A stretch of 64,000 nt of DNA from Candidatus Bathyarchaeia archaeon (GCA_050010755.1 JBEKKK010000003.1:64001-128000), one strand, 5' to 3'; counted from the stretch's first letter, positions 39,916-50,737 are shown. Notes: generated by a model not told the origin, from the sequence alone. Made by a program: numbers and translations.

Positions 39916-41217
39916 TCACACCTCCAAGACCACGGCGCCTGCTTGGCATCCTGTGCCGCCGTGCCCGTGAATGAAGGCCTTCTTCGGGTTGTTTAGCTGC
40001 CTGTTCGGCGCACCCCACTTCTTCCCTATTTGGTTGCTGAGTTGCCAGTAGCTGTCGACGACTTGGGCAATAGACGTTGAGCCTACTGCATGCCCTTGAG
40101 CAGTGAGGGCTCCGCTGAGTTGGCAGGGAAGCTCCCCGCTAGGTTTGATCATGCCTTCGCGAACCATTTTCTTGCCCTCGCCTCTCTTGCAGAAATCGAA
40201 ATCCTCCAAGCCGGCTAGTATCACGCCTGCGTATGGGTCGAATATTTCCACGAAGCTTATTTCTTTAAGCGGGTTCTTGATGCCAGCGTCTTTGTAAGCC
40301 ATTCTTGCCGACACTTTCAGAGAGCCAAAGTTGAGCAGATCTGGATATGGTGACAATGGCTTTGGAACCGTTTTCGGCCATATCTTTTCGTCTTCTGGAT
40401 ACAAGCCTTTCCAGGCGGGGTTATCCGGTCGGTCTCCGGCTCTCATCGTGTCGCTGCCGAAACCCACACCTGTAATCCATATGGGGTTATCGGTGAGTTT
40501 TTTCGTCATCTCCTCATTAGCCAACAAAAGCGCAGATGCCCCTTCGCTCGTCATCGCACATTCATAATTTCGATACGGCCATGAAATCAACCGCGACTTG
40601 TACACGTCATCTACGGTGATTTTGGCGGAACCGTGCTGGGCGGGCCACTGGGCGTAAGGGTTTTCAAGAGAGTTGTTGTGGTTCATTGCAGAAACTTCTG
40701 CAAGGTCCTCTTCCCTATCCCCGTAAACGTGCATCCGCCTTGCTTCCATGGTTGCGTAGAAGGCGTTGTACGTGAAGCCAGAAACGAAGTCCCAGTCCGT
40801 GTCCCCGGCGATGGCAATCGCTTCGTTCACTTTCTGGATTGGCAGTTCATTCATTTTTTCCCAGCCAACCACGAGAACAACGGGAAACATTCCTGAACGT
40901 ACCCACAAAGCCGCGTTCACTATAGCATCTATCGGAGTTGCTCCTCCGCCCTCGACCCTGTACGAAGCAACGCCGCTCAAGCCCAAGTAGTCGTTGATTA
41001 TCCATTGCATGCACTGCTGCTGCTCAAGAATATCGCTGAAATACGAGTAGCAACACGCGTAACCTTTCTTGAGGAAATCACCGAGTTCCAACTCTGGAAC
41101 GTCGTCAAGTATCATCTTCACGGCCTCTGCACACATCTCCTCTTGCAGCGTGTGCCTAGGAAGGTCAAACCGAGAAATACCGCCCGCAACTATCCCGACT
41201 TTCTTCAAGATCTCCAC
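39916..41217 (-). CDS. Thiolase-fold protein lacking the N-terminal catalytic Cys
   Basis: VEGGGATP in place of EAACAS; GWEKM, EIFDPY, GHAVG. Confidence 0.85.
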   Translation of the reverse strand: MEILKKVGIVAGGISRFDLPRHTLQEEMCAEAVKMILDDVPELELGDFLKKGYACCYSYFSDILEQQQCMQWIINDYLGLSGVASYRVEGGGATPIDAIVNAALWVRSGMFPVVLVVGWEKMNELPIQKVNEAIAIAGDTDWDFVSGFTYNAFYATMEARRMHVYGDREEDLAEVSAMNHNNSLENPYAQWPAQHGSAKITVDDVYKSRLISWPYRNYECAMTSEGASALLLANEEMTKKLTDNPIWITGVGFGSDTMRAGDRPDNPAWKGLYPEDEKIWPKTVPKPLSPYPDLLNFGSLKVSARMAYKDAGIKNPLKEISFVEIFDPYAGVILAGLEDFDFCKRGEGKKMVREGMIKPSGELPCQLSGALTAQGHAVGSTSIAQVVDSYWQLSNQIGKKWGAPNRQLNNPKKAFIHGHGGTGCQAGAVVLEV

Positions 41218-41396
41218 CCCAAATTTAAGACGATGTTAGTGCGATTCAAGAACTATAATACATTTACTATCGACGAACCCTTTTCCTGTACATGTTCGGC
41301 GCGCTCATCAACGTCTTTTCGCGCACATGATCAACACGCATAAAGATTAAATTCTGCCAGCAGTTCAATACGAGTTGCAAGTTGCCCGGAAATTGA

Positions 41397-42014
41397 TTGG
41401 AAATGAGCTTTTTCAAATGGTTGTCGAACAAACTCAATCCCCCTCGAGCAAGGATTGCCCTCGGAACTCAGAAGAATGAATATGCGCTTGGAGAAGAAGT
41501 GAAAGGAGACTTTCAAATCGTTTCTGAAGAAGAGTTCGAGGTAGAACAAATAGCCGTGAATTTGTCGTGCTGGGAGAATCTGAAGAAAACGCGCACAGTT
41601 TCCACTCAGGTCGGCAACACTCAAAAGCATAGACAAGAGGAATACTGGGATCAAGCTAAATTGTATTCAGACCAGTTTGTCGTCTGCAATGTTGCACGAA
41701 TACCTCAGGGTTTCAGCGCCAAGTACCCATTCACTCTGAAAATACCAACAGTTGCGAGAGAAACATACTACAGCGTTGACAACAACGTGAAATGGTGGAT
41801 GCAGGCAACCGTGAGAGTCAGAGGACGACCAAGCGTAGAAACAGAAAAACGCGAAATCCTAGTTGCAAAACAACAGACCCCTCCTCCGCCTCCACAGATG
41901 ATTTCAAAAGAGACCATCCGAGAAGTGGTTCTGATACCATGCGCATACTGCGGCGGACTCATGCCCCAGACTTCGCTCTTCTGTCCGAACTGTGGAGCAA
42001 GAAGAAGAGTCTGA
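41397..42014 (+). CDS. Arrestin-N/Spo0M-like protein with C-terminal Zn ribbon
   Basis: Y..GE.VKG...YPFTLKIP..TY..V.W...A.V; poly-Pro linker; CAYC...CPNC. Confidence 0.6.
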   Translation: MEMSFFKWLSNKLNPPRARIALGTQKNEYALGEEVKGDFQIVSEEEFEVEQIAVNLSCWENLKKTRTVSTQVGNTQKHRQEEYWDQAKLYSDQFVVCNVARIPQGFSAKYPFTLKIPTVARETYYSVDNNVKWWMQATVRVRGRPSVETEKREILVAKQQTPPPPPQMISKETIREVVLIPCAYCGGLMPQTSLFCPNCGARRRV

Positions 42015-42376
42015 CGAAGCGCATCAACTCCAAGAACACTTTAAAAACCCCATACACAATCCGCTGCCTGGACCTGCGCCTGAACGGGTTTAAGCTTCTA
42101 GGGACTCATACCCAAATGGGTTCAAGTCCCTTTGTTTCCTTTGCAAAAAGTGGGGCTACCCGTCCCCATACCTAAACGGGTTCAAAACCTTGGTTTTTTG
42201 ATCAATCGTTAGTTCATGCACGCAGCCGACCGGACACTGTTAACTAAAGGGAACACCGAAAAAACTCTCTAAGATCCAAGAATTTTTCAGTTGGAAGGCC
42301 AGTTCAACATGATAATAACGGGTTTAACAAGTTTTAATAGCAACGCACTGACATTTTCAACCGTTGCATTCAAGTC

Positions 42377-43237
42377 GTGGTAAAGATGCACTCAGGAAAG
42401 CCAAGCGGAACGGCTCTGGCAGCTGCCCGACACCGTGCTGCCCATCAGGTCATAGAGCAAAGCTGCGTTTTCTCGGATCCACTGGCACTGCGAATTCTCG
42501 GCGAAGACTCAGAGACTGTTATCCGCGAAGCTGAGAAGCACCCATCTGGACGAAGGATCCGGATGTTCGTCGTTGCGAGAACGCGGTTTGCAGAAGATGC
42601 TCTTGCCAAAGCTGTTGGACATGGGGTCCGTCAGCTTGTGATTCTGGGCGCAGGCTTAGATACCTATGCTTATCGCAGCCCGTTTGGTGACCGTCTTCAC
42701 ATTTTTGAAGTAGATCACCCAGCTACGCAATCTTGGAAACGTCAACGTCTCGACGAAGCAGCAATTCCGTTGCCAAATTGGCTGACCTTTGTTCCCCTTG
42801 ATTTCGAACATGAAAATCTTGCTGACTGCCTATTAACCGCGGGCTTTTATCCCGAGCAGCAAACGTTCTTCACTTGGCTCGGAGTTGTGCCGTATCTCAC
42901 TGAGCCAGCAATATGGTCCACACTTAGCTACATTGCCAGCTTGTCCAAAGGATCACACGTAGTGTTTGACTATAGCAATCCGCCATCTTCATACTCGCCA
43001 AGAAGGCTCATCGCTTACAACAAGCGAGCCGGCCGAGTAGCCAAACTTGGCGAAACTTTCGTTTCTCACTTTGAAACTGAAAAACTCCATAACAAATTGA
43101 GAGCCCTAGGTTATGTTCAAATTGAAGACCTCGGACCGCCACAAATAGCGAAACGTTTCTATTCAAACTCAACAAGCCCTGTTGCCAAGAATGGAGGTCA
43201 CGTCCTCCACGCATCGACCATCAAAGTAACGTTTTAA
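42377..43237 (+). CDS. SAM-dependent methyltransferase, LCM/TIGR00027 family
   Basis: ARTRFAED, QLVILGAGLDT, FEVDHPATQ, WLGVVPYL. Confidence 0.9.
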   Translation: MVKMHSGKPSGTALAAARHRAAHQVIEQSCVFSDPLALRILGEDSETVIREAEKHPSGRRIRMFVVARTRFAEDALAKAVGHGVRQLVILGAGLDTYAYRSPFGDRLHIFEVDHPATQSWKRQRLDEAAIPLPNWLTFVPLDFEHENLADCLLTAGFYPEQQTFFTWLGVVPYLTEPAIWSTLSYIASLSKGSHVVFDYSNPPSSYSPRRLIAYNKRAGRVAKLGETFVSHFETEKLHNKLRALGYVQIEDLGPPQIAKRFYSNSTSPVAKNGGHVLHASTIKVTF

Positions 43238-43458
43238 GAAAAACATGTCCCTTAAGTTGACAGTATCAGCCGACCGCATAACTTTAAGGTTCAAGTCCGA
43301 CGGGAATTGCTGTCCCAGAGGAAGCGCGCGTTGTTGCGGATCTGCCCTTCCCGCCATCGATATATCTGTATGCTTTTGCTAACATATTGTGATTACTTAT
43401 TGTGAATATTCGATGTGAACTGACTATTTATGTTCGGGTTGAGCGTGGTCTCTTAGGA

Positions 43459-44466
43459 ATGGGATCTCACATGAATAATGAAATCATCGAGGCACAAGGC
43501 CTGACGAAAATCTATGGGAATACGGTCATGGCGGTGAATCAAATCTCCTTTTCTGTAAAAGAGGGAGAGCTGTTTGGTTTTCTTGGACCCAACGGCGCCG
43601 GAAAAACCACGACCATCAAGATGCTCACGACGCTTGCTTCCATCACGGCTGGTAGGGCGACCGTAGCAGGCTACGACGTAAGGAAAAAACCTGCGGAAGT
43701 CCGCGCTATCGTCGGTATCGTCCCTCAAGAATTTACAGCAGACGACGAGTTAAAAGGAACAGAAAACCTGCTACTGGCTGCGAAGCTTCATCACGTTCCC
43801 AACGCTACAGCCCACGAAAGATCGAAGAACTTACTCAAACTCGTAGATCTGGAGGGGGCCGCAGAGCGACGGGTTAAAACTTACTCTGGTGGAATGAGAC
43901 GACGCCTCCAACTTGCCATGGGTCTCATCCACTCTCCAAAGATTCTTTTTCTCGACGAGCCTACTCTGGGACTCGACGTCCAGACAAGGAGAAACATATG
44001 GAACTATATTGAACAGCTCAACCGAGAAAACGGAGTCACAGTCTTCATGACAACCCACTATCTTGAAGAGGCAGACTCGCTCTGCCACAGAATCGCCATA
44101 ATCGACGGCGGTATCATCAAAGCATCAGGGTCTCCTGCCGAACTGAAGGAAAAACTGGGCGGCGACGTTCTCACGATAGAACTCTCGGACGGCCCAGACA
44201 TGACAAGCTTCTTCAAAACCATCAGAGACGTTTCCGAAGTAACTAAGATAGGCTCAGCCTACAAAATACGACTTTCAAGAATAGAGCAGGATTTGCCGAT
44301 TATAGTCGAGGGCGCTACCAAGAAAGGTCTCAACATTACAGGAATCGCGTTGGCCAGACCCTCACTGGATCAGGTGTTCCTAGAAATCACTGGCAACTCC
44401 ATGCGTGACAACGAGAGAAACGGCGATTCATATGCGCAGCGGGTCATGATAGAGAGGCTGAAATAA
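43459..44466 (+). CDS. ABC-2 exporter ATP-binding subunit (DrrA-like)
   Basis: GPNGAGKTT, YSGGMRRR, FLDEPT, TTHYLEEAD; start at 43459 or 43471. Confidence 0.9.
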   Translation: MGSHMNNEIIEAQGLTKIYGNTVMAVNQISFSVKEGELFGFLGPNGAGKTTTIKMLTTLASITAGRATVAGYDVRKKPAEVRAIVGIVPQEFTADDELKGTENLLLAAKLHHVPNATAHERSKNLLKLVDLEGAAERRVKTYSGGMRRRLQLAMGLIHSPKILFLDEPTLGLDVQTRRNIWNYIEQLNRENGVTVFMTTHYLEEADSLCHRIAIIDGGIIKASGSPAELKEKLGGDVLTIELSDGPDMTSFFKTIRDVSEVTKIGSAYKIRLSRIEQDLPIIVEGATKKGLNITGIALARPSLDQVFLEITGNSMRDNERNGDSYAQRVMIERLK

Positions 44467-44468
44467 TA

Positions 44469-45332
44469 ATGATCGCCGACACCATAGCATTGACCGTTCG
44501 GGCCCTCAAGAAATGGATAAGAAATCCAGCCGCCATCATGCCGGGCTTATTCATGGCCATCTTCTGGTTGGCACTGTTTGGGAACTCGTTCAACCCAGCC
44601 AACTTGATGCCAACGCAGATAGGCAGCACCACGTTGCCGCCGACACTTCTTCAGCAAATCCGCTCTGCGATAGTGGGACAGACTTTCGGCGGTGCCCCGA
44701 CCTATATAACCTTCCTCACTGCAGGCGTCATCTGCCTCATAATCGTAGTCAACATGGCTTATGGAGGAATCGACATCGTGCTCGACAGACAACTCGGCTA
44801 CCTAAGCACATTGCTCTCATCGCCAATATCCAGGGCCTCAATATACTTCTCTGGCGTACTCCAAAACTTCGCAAAGGCCATGGTGATAGCCTTCTTGACC
44901 TTCATAGTGGCCTTGGTTCTTCCCAACGGCTTGGAGTTATCAGCAGGGTTCAACGTTCTGGATTTTCTCGGCGTTTTCGCCGCCTTCGCTCTACTGGCCT
45001 TCGGCTTCTGCTGTCTCTTCACCACTGTAGCCTTCTCAGTCAAGGCTGTCGATTCACTCGTCGCCATAGCCAACTTCGTAGCTTTTCCAGTTGTCTTCAT
45101 CAGCAACGCCATGTTCCCCACAGCCTCGTTTCCGAACTGGATGAAGAACATCGCTCAGGTCAACCCTGTCAGCAAGGCCGACGAAGCCGCAAGACTACTC
45201 ATCGTGAACGGAAGCCTCACCACCAACCAACTTTGGCTTTTCATCGCAGACATCGGGTACCTTTTGGTCTTCACACTGGTTCTAGCAGCGCTAGGATATG
45301 CAGCAGCAAGGAGAGTTCTGAGAGCCGAATGA
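44469..45332 (+). CDS. ABC-2 type permease (DrrB-like)
   Basis: About 6 TM; FISNAMFP...P.WM..IA.VNP. Confidence 0.88.
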   Translation: MIADTIALTVRALKKWIRNPAAIMPGLFMAIFWLALFGNSFNPANLMPTQIGSTTLPPTLLQQIRSAIVGQTFGGAPTYITFLTAGVICLIIVVNMAYGGIDIVLDRQLGYLSTLLSSPISRASIYFSGVLQNFAKAMVIAFLTFIVALVLPNGLELSAGFNVLDFLGVFAAFALLAFGFCCLFTTVAFSVKAVDSLVAIANFVAFPVVFISNAMFPTASFPNWMKNIAQVNPVSKADEAARLLIVNGSLTTNQLWLFIADIGYLLVFTLVLAALGYAAARRVLRAE

Positions 45333-45412
45333 CTAAAACCCAGAATGAACGAGTTTTCCGAGACCGCCAGAAATATTAGCCAGAATCTAACCGATCCAAA
45401 GAGGAGCTAAGA

Positions 45413-46663
45413 ATGTCATCCCTGCAAATCAAATCCGGAGAAACTGCGCAGCTAGATCACGTCAACGGCGATCTCCATGTAGGCCGCAATGCCAAAATCA
45501 AGCCCCGTGATGGCAAGCGGGTCACTGTGAATAAGGCCGCCGTTTTTGAGGGCAACGCATCCGTGGAAGGCGATTTCGAATGTGACTCTCTGACAGTGAA
45601 CGGCAAAGGAACTCTGAGAGTAAACGGCAACCTGAAGATCCACAATAAGCTTGACGTAATGGATTCGTTATTCGCCATGGCCAGGATCACGGCCCTAGAA
45701 ATAGATGTGGGCGGGAAAGTGACTGCAGGATCCGTCGTTTGCAGCAGGCTAAGGGCTGGCGGTGTCGTGGAAGTAGAGGACACCCTGGAGGCCGAAACTG
45801 TTGACGTGGGCAGAAGAGTGACCGCCTCTGGTCAGGTGGCACTGAAAAGCCTTCAAGTTGGGGGTAAGACCGAAATCGGCGGAGGAACCATCACGGAGCT
45901 CGCTAAGATGAGCGGAACATTCAGCAGCAGTTCCAAGTTGAACTTCAGTGAGTTACAGGTTTATGGCAAGGCATCGTTGCCAACTGGCTGCAAGGGTCAA
46001 AGAATCAGGTCCTTTGGTCGCCTTTGCGTGGACGGTAGCATTACCTGTGAAGAGATAATGGTTGAGGGAGCCGCCGACATTCGAGGAGACTGCCACACTG
46101 CAAAGATGGAGGTTGACGGCAGACTTGACGTGTCCGGATCGCTAATGGCCTCTAATATGCTTGAGAGTTTTGGCCAAACAGAGATTGTAGGTCAGTTGCA
46201 AGGCAAGAGCCTTCGAGTAGGCGGCAAATTCAAGGCAAGAGAAGTCGTCCTCACTGAAACGGCGGATCTCATGGGCGACGTCAAGACAGAGGATGGACTG
46301 AGAGCGAAGTCTCTGATCATCCGAACAGGCACAAGGTGCGAGGGCATAATAGTCGGCGAACGTGTAGAAGTGGGCAAGAGCAGCCTAGTCGTTGCCAACT
46401 GGGCGACAAAATGGGCCCACCAATCAATCTCCATAAGGCTAGTAGGCAAAATGACGCAGGTTAACGATGTTTACGGCACGAAAGTGACCCTGGGCAAGGC
46501 ATCCAAAGCCCGAAGGATATTTGCTCAAGATGTCGAGCTAGAGAACGGATCAATCGCTGAACAAGTGACATACACTGGCGAGCTGAAGAGGAGCGACCAC
46601 GTTTTCATTAGGCTTCCACCAGAGAAGGCCATCAAGCTTCCTGACCCTCCCCTGAAAGGTTAG
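45413..46663 (+). CDS. Bactofilin/polymer-forming-like long beta-helix protein
   Basis: Repeating V.G.L.V.G / A..V.VGG motifs across the whole length. Confidence 0.65.
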   Translation: MSSLQIKSGETAQLDHVNGDLHVGRNAKIKPRDGKRVTVNKAAVFEGNASVEGDFECDSLTVNGKGTLRVNGNLKIHNKLDVMDSLFAMARITALEIDVGGKVTAGSVVCSRLRAGGVVEVEDTLEAETVDVGRRVTASGQVALKSLQVGGKTEIGGGTITELAKMSGTFSSSSKLNFSELQVYGKASLPTGCKGQRIRSFGRLCVDGSITCEEIMVEGAADIRGDCHTAKMEVDGRLDVSGSLMASNMLESFGQTEIVGQLQGKSLRVGGKFKAREVVLTETADLMGDVKTEDGLRAKSLIIRTGTRCEGIIVGERVEVGKSSLVVANWATKWAHQSISIRLVGKMTQVNDVYGTKVTLGKASKARRIFAQDVELENGSIAEQVTYTGELKRSDHVFIRLPPEKAIKLPDPPLKG

Positions 46664-46700
46664 AGGAGCAAGTCTCGAAAGCGGGAGGCAAAAAAGGTCC

Positions 46701-46985
46701 ATGAGCGGCAACAACTCCAAGAGGTCAAGAACGGACCTGTACGCGAAGATCCTGGAAGTGCTAATCCGTTATCCCGAAGGAGGAAGAATAACCAGAATGT
46801 CCTACGGCGTTGGTGTTCCCGTGGACAGGCTTAGAGCCATGGCCGAAAACCTCTGCTCCTTTGGCCTGGTCAGGAAACTGACTGATGAGGATGAGATATA
46901 CTACTTTGTTACGCCCCGAGGCTTAGAGTTCCTTGAAACCTACAGGAAAATGAATGGCTTCTTGGCGGCGTTCGACGAAAAATAA
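46701..46985 (+). CDS. Winged-helix DNA-binding protein
   Basis: RSRTDLYAKILE...T..SY...L...GLV...YFVTPRG.EFL. Confidence 0.8.
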   Translation: MSGNNSKRSRTDLYAKILEVLIRYPEGGRITRMSYGVGVPVDRLRAMAENLCSFGLVRKLTDEDEIYYFVTPRGLEFLETYRKMNGFLAAFDEK

Positions 46986-47081
46986 GCGCGCAGCATCTCG
47001 GTTACTACGTTGTCATCAGAAAATCCATTATGTGCTTTTCCTATCTTCGGAGATGTTATTTGTGTATCGATTCAACTATTA

Positions 47082-47102
47082 GTTTTTCTGTTCTGCACTT
47101 TC
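47082..47102 (+). repeat. 21-bp exact direct repeat GTTTTTCTGTTCTGCACTTTC, copy 1
   Basis: Identical to 61662-61682. Confidence 0.85.
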
Positions 47103-47350
47103 ACTCTCTTTTTTAAATCAACTAATTAATTGACACTTAGATTATTGGTTGTTCTAGCGGTTCATATTTGGATCATATCGTAGACCGAGTGGAGGGGCCG
47201 TCAGCGCACACTAGAAGCCCAATTCTGCCCATGCGCAAAACTCAAAACAAACATCTGGGCCACATTAGGACAAGAAACCGAATTTGGGAACACGCACAGC
47301 GCTACCATGAACGGACAGGTTTTATATTTTCATCAGTCTTCCTATCTGAT

Positions 47351-48469
47351 ATGCAAATCATACAATTATCAACCGCTCTGCCCCCGAATGAATACTCAAC
47401 AGAAAAGCTGATAGAATTGTTCCCATGCGAACTTCCGCAGCCCGTAATTCAAAACGTGCTCAACCTCGGAGTCTCAAAACGCCATCTGATTAAGCAGTCA
47501 ACCCTCACAGACGAGTCAGAAACACCGATGGATGAAACACCTCTCATAGACCTGTGCTCCGAGGCGTGCCAGAAAACCCTTAGGGGAGCCCACCTTCGTC
47601 CCACCGACATAGACTGTCTCATCGCTGCTTATGATACAAATCCCTTCCTGAGCCCGGGCCTCAGCCAACTGCTAGTGCCAAGTCTGGGTTTGGATCCTTT
47701 CATCAAACATGTCAACGCGCAGGGAATCGCCAGCACGGCATTCACGAAGACTTTACAGCTAGCAGGAGATCACCTTGTTGCCCATCCAAAAGACAACGTG
47801 CTGATTTGCGTATCAGGAGTCAGTTCCTACTGGTTCCAAAATCAAGTACAAGGCCTAAATGGCGTGATGGAAATCGGCAAGATCAGCTCGATAAAGAACA
47901 ACAGAAGAAAGCAAACGGAGCTAAGAAAGTGGGTGGCCACGATGCAATCCTTTCTTTTCGGGGACGGCGTGGCTGCAGCCCTGGTATCGGAAAAAAGAGA
48001 GGGTATGAAGGTCGACGAGATAGCCGAACTGACAAACATCGATTCAAAAGACTACCTTGCGGGTTATGCTAGACTCTCCTTCCTGAACGAGCCCTTCAAG
48101 TTCGGCTTCGATTCACACTTAGGCAAAGAAATCCCAGACTTAGGCGTCAAGTACACAAGTCTGGTTCTTGACAGGTTGTTCGGAAAGAATCTAGAGAAGA
48201 GAACAAGAAGTGCGAAGAAGTGGGCCGTTCACACAGGCAGCGAAAAGATACTCGACGCTCTTGCTGAACACCACGATGTTGAAAAGGAGAAGCTGAGAGA
48301 ATCCCACGAAGTGCTAAATGAGTACGGCAACCTTGCAGGTGCAAGCCTGCCCTTCATAGTCAACCGAATAGACTCGAAGAACAAGTTCTCAAGCGGAGAC
48401 ACCATATTAATGCTAGGCTACGGCTGGGGATTCTCCGCGTCGGCAGGTCTACTCGAATATTGCAGTTAA
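47351..48469 (+). CDS. Type III PKS/KAS III-like condensing enzyme with Ser at the catalytic Cys position
   Basis: QGIAST, FLFGDG, WAVHTGS, YGNLAGAS, GYGWGFS; likely ATG at 47351. Confidence 0.8.
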   Translation: MQIIQLSTALPPNEYSTEKLIELFPCELPQPVIQNVLNLGVSKRHLIKQSTLTDESETPMDETPLIDLCSEACQKTLRGAHLRPTDIDCLIAAYDTNPFLSPGLSQLLVPSLGLDPFIKHVNAQGIASTAFTKTLQLAGDHLVAHPKDNVLICVSGVSSYWFQNQVQGLNGVMEIGKISSIKNNRRKQTELRKWVATMQSFLFGDGVAAALVSEKREGMKVDEIAELTNIDSKDYLAGYARLSFLNEPFKFGFDSHLGKEIPDLGVKYTSLVLDRLFGKNLEKRTRSAKKWAVHTGSEKILDALAEHHDVEKEKLRESHEVLNEYGNLAGASLPFIVNRIDSKNKFSSGDTILMLGYGWGFSASAGLLEYCS

Positions 48470-48611
48470 AGACTTGAACCTCGATTCGGTTGAGAGCTCA
48501 CGGAGCTGATTGCTCTCACGATTTTTGAACCGATAATAAAATATCTTCCTACATCAATTGGGATAGTAACTCAAGCTAGCTCATGGCATTTATTGGAGGC
48601 AGAACGCTGGA

Positions 48612-50294
48612 ATGTTTGACAAGAGAAAAATCGAAGAAGTAAGCAAAGAACGTATACGCTGGGAACAGACGACTTTGCCGAGCTGGATTAAGCAATCCAG
48701 TGAAAGGAAAAAAGAATTTCGGAATACTTCTAACATGCTGATCAACAGGTTGTACACGCCTGAAGATGTCAAAGGGCTTGATTATCTGAAGGATATTGGT
48801 TTTCCAGGAGAATTTCCGTTCCTGCGCGGCGTGCATGCCACTATGTACCGTGGTCGATTCTGGACCATGCGCCAGTTTGCAGGGTTCGGGACAGCAGCAC
48901 AGACAAACAAACGCTTCAAGTACCTCCTAAAGGAAGGAGAAACGGGACTCAGCATAGCCTTCGACTATCCGACAATAATGGGCTACGACTCCGATCACCC
49001 CATGGGAAAGGGCGAGGTCGGCATATGCGGCGTAGCCATTTCCTCGCTGAGAGACATGGAAGCTCTGCTCGACGGAATTCCCTTGGACAAAGTCACAACG
49101 TCTATGACGATAAACGGCCCTGCAACCATGCTGCTCGCCATGTACGTTGCCGTAGGCGATGAGCAACATGTGCCAAGAGAGAAACTTGGAGGAACGACCC
49201 AGAACGACAACCTGAAAGAGTACTTCGCTCAGAAGCTCTGCATATACCCACCGAAACCGTCCCTCAAACTGACAACCGACATCATAGAGTACTGCACGCG
49301 GCACCTGCCAAGGTGGAACCCCATAAGCATAAGCGGATACCACATCAGGGAGGCCGGCGCAAACGCCGTGCAGGAACTAGCATTCACCATCTACGATGGA
49401 ATATCCTACGTAGAATCCACACAGCAGAGAGGCCTGAAAGTCGACGACTTCGCTCAACGATTGTCATTCTTCTTCGCCTCACACAACGATTTCTTCGAAG
49501 AACTCGCCAAGTTCAGAGCAGCTCGAAGAATATGGGCAAAACTGATGAAAGAACGCTTCCACGCCAAGAACCCACGATCGATGTGGATGCGCATGCACGT
49601 TCAGACTTCAGGATGCACACTCACGGCTCAGCAACCACTGAACAACATTACCCGCACCACGATCCAGGCCTTTGCAGCGGTTCTGGGAGGAACACAATCA
49701 CTGCACACAAACTCCTTCGACGAAGCACTAGCCCTGCCCAGCGAGAATGCCGTCAGAGTCGCTCTCAGAACCCAGCAGATAATAGCCCACGAAAGCGGCG
49801 CAACCAACACAATCGACCCCATGGCCGGTTCATACTACGTTGAAGCCCTCACGAACGAGATGGAAGAAAAAGCGATGGAGTACATCCAAAAAGTCGACGA
49901 CATGGGAGGAGCCATAGTCGCAATAGAAAAGGGATTCTTCCAGAAAGAAATAGCCGACAGCTCCTACAAATACCAGAGAGAAATAGACGAGAAGAAACGG
50001 ACCATAGTCGGCGTGAACGACTACAGAATCGAGAAAGACAAGTACCCAATAGAACTGCTCAGGGTAGACCCAAAAGTCGAAAAAGAACAACTAGCCGACC
50101 TCAACCGCCTCAGAAAAACGCGAAACAACAAGAAAGTCGAAGCAACCCTTAACAAGCTAGAGCGCTCGGCAGAGAAGGATGAAAACCTCATGCCCGCGAT
50201 AATCGAAGCAGTAAAAACCTACGCGACTCTGGGCGAAATTTGCGAGGTACTGCGGAAAGTTTATGGAGAATACAAGGAGTTAATCGTGATTTAA
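48612..50294 (+). CDS. icmA: B12-dependent acyl-CoA mutase large subunit with isobutyryl-CoA mutase signature
   Basis: WTMRQFAGF (Phe), KEYFAQ (Gln), [16 protein letters not shown]. Confidence 0.8.
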   Translation: MFDKRKIEEVSKERIRWEQTTLPSWIKQSSERKKEFRNTSNMLINRLYTPEDVKGLDYLKDIGFPGEFPFLRGVHATMYRGRFWTMRQFAGFGTAAQTNKRFKYLLKEGETGLSIAFDYPTIMGYDSDHPMGKGEVGICGVAISSLRDMEALLDGIPLDKVTTSMTINGPATMLLAMYVAVGDEQHVPREKLGGTTQNDNLKEYFAQKLCIYPPKPSLKLTTDIIEYCTRHLPRWNPISISGYHIREAGANAVQELAFTIYDGISYVESTQQRGLKVDDFAQRLSFFFASHNDFFEELAKFRAARRIWAKLMKERFHAKNPRSMWMRMHVQTSGCTLTAQQPLNNITRTTIQAFAAVLGGTQSLHTNSFDEALALPSENAVRVALRTQQIIAHESGATNTIDPMAGSYYVEALTNEMEEKAMEYIQKVDDMGGAIVAIEKGFFQKEIADSSYKYQREIDEKKRTIVGVNDYRIEKDKYPIELLRVDPKVEKEQLADLNRLRKTRNNKKVEATLNKLERSAEKDENLMPAIIEAVKTYATLGEICEVLRKVYGEYKELIVI

Positions 50295-50307
50295 AGAGGC
50301 GAAAGCA

Positions 50308-50715
50308 ATGGAAGATACAAGAAAAATCAGAGTTCTAATCGCGAAACCCGGCCTTGACAGTCACGACAGAGGCGCCAAAGTCGTGGCCAGAGCCCTAAGA
50401 GACGCCGGCATGGAAGTCATCTACACGGGACTCAGACAAACCCCGGAACAAATCGCAGAAACAGCCCTGCAAGAAGACGTGGACGTCATAGGCCTAAGCA
50501 TTCTCTCAGGCGCCCACAAAACCCTCTTCCCCAGAATAATGAACCTCCTCAAAAAACAAGGGCTAACAGACGTGATGGTCTTCGCCGGAGGAATAATCCC
50601 CGAAGAAGACGTTACCGAAATGAAAAAACTGGGCATAAAAGAAATCTTCGGACCAGGAACAACGACCGAACAGATAATACATTACGTGACGGACAACCTC
50701 CCAAAAAGAGACTAA
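50308..50715 (+). CDS. icmB: Acyl-CoA mutase cobalamin-binding small subunit
   Basis: [22 protein letters not shown]. Confidence 0.85.
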   Translation: MEDTRKIRVLIAKPGLDSHDRGAKVVARALRDAGMEVIYTGLRQTPEQIAETALQEDVDVIGLSILSGAHKTLFPRIMNLLKKQGLTDVMVFAGGIIPEEDVTEMKKLGIKEIFGPGTTTEQIIHYVTDNLPKRD

Positions 50716-50737
50716 GCACTCACGATGTGCAAAAGTT

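Noticed and set aside
42118-42130. GGGTTCAAGTCCC resembles a tRNA T-arm
   Set aside because: No acceptor, D or anticodon arms can be folded around it; it belongs to a local repeated motif
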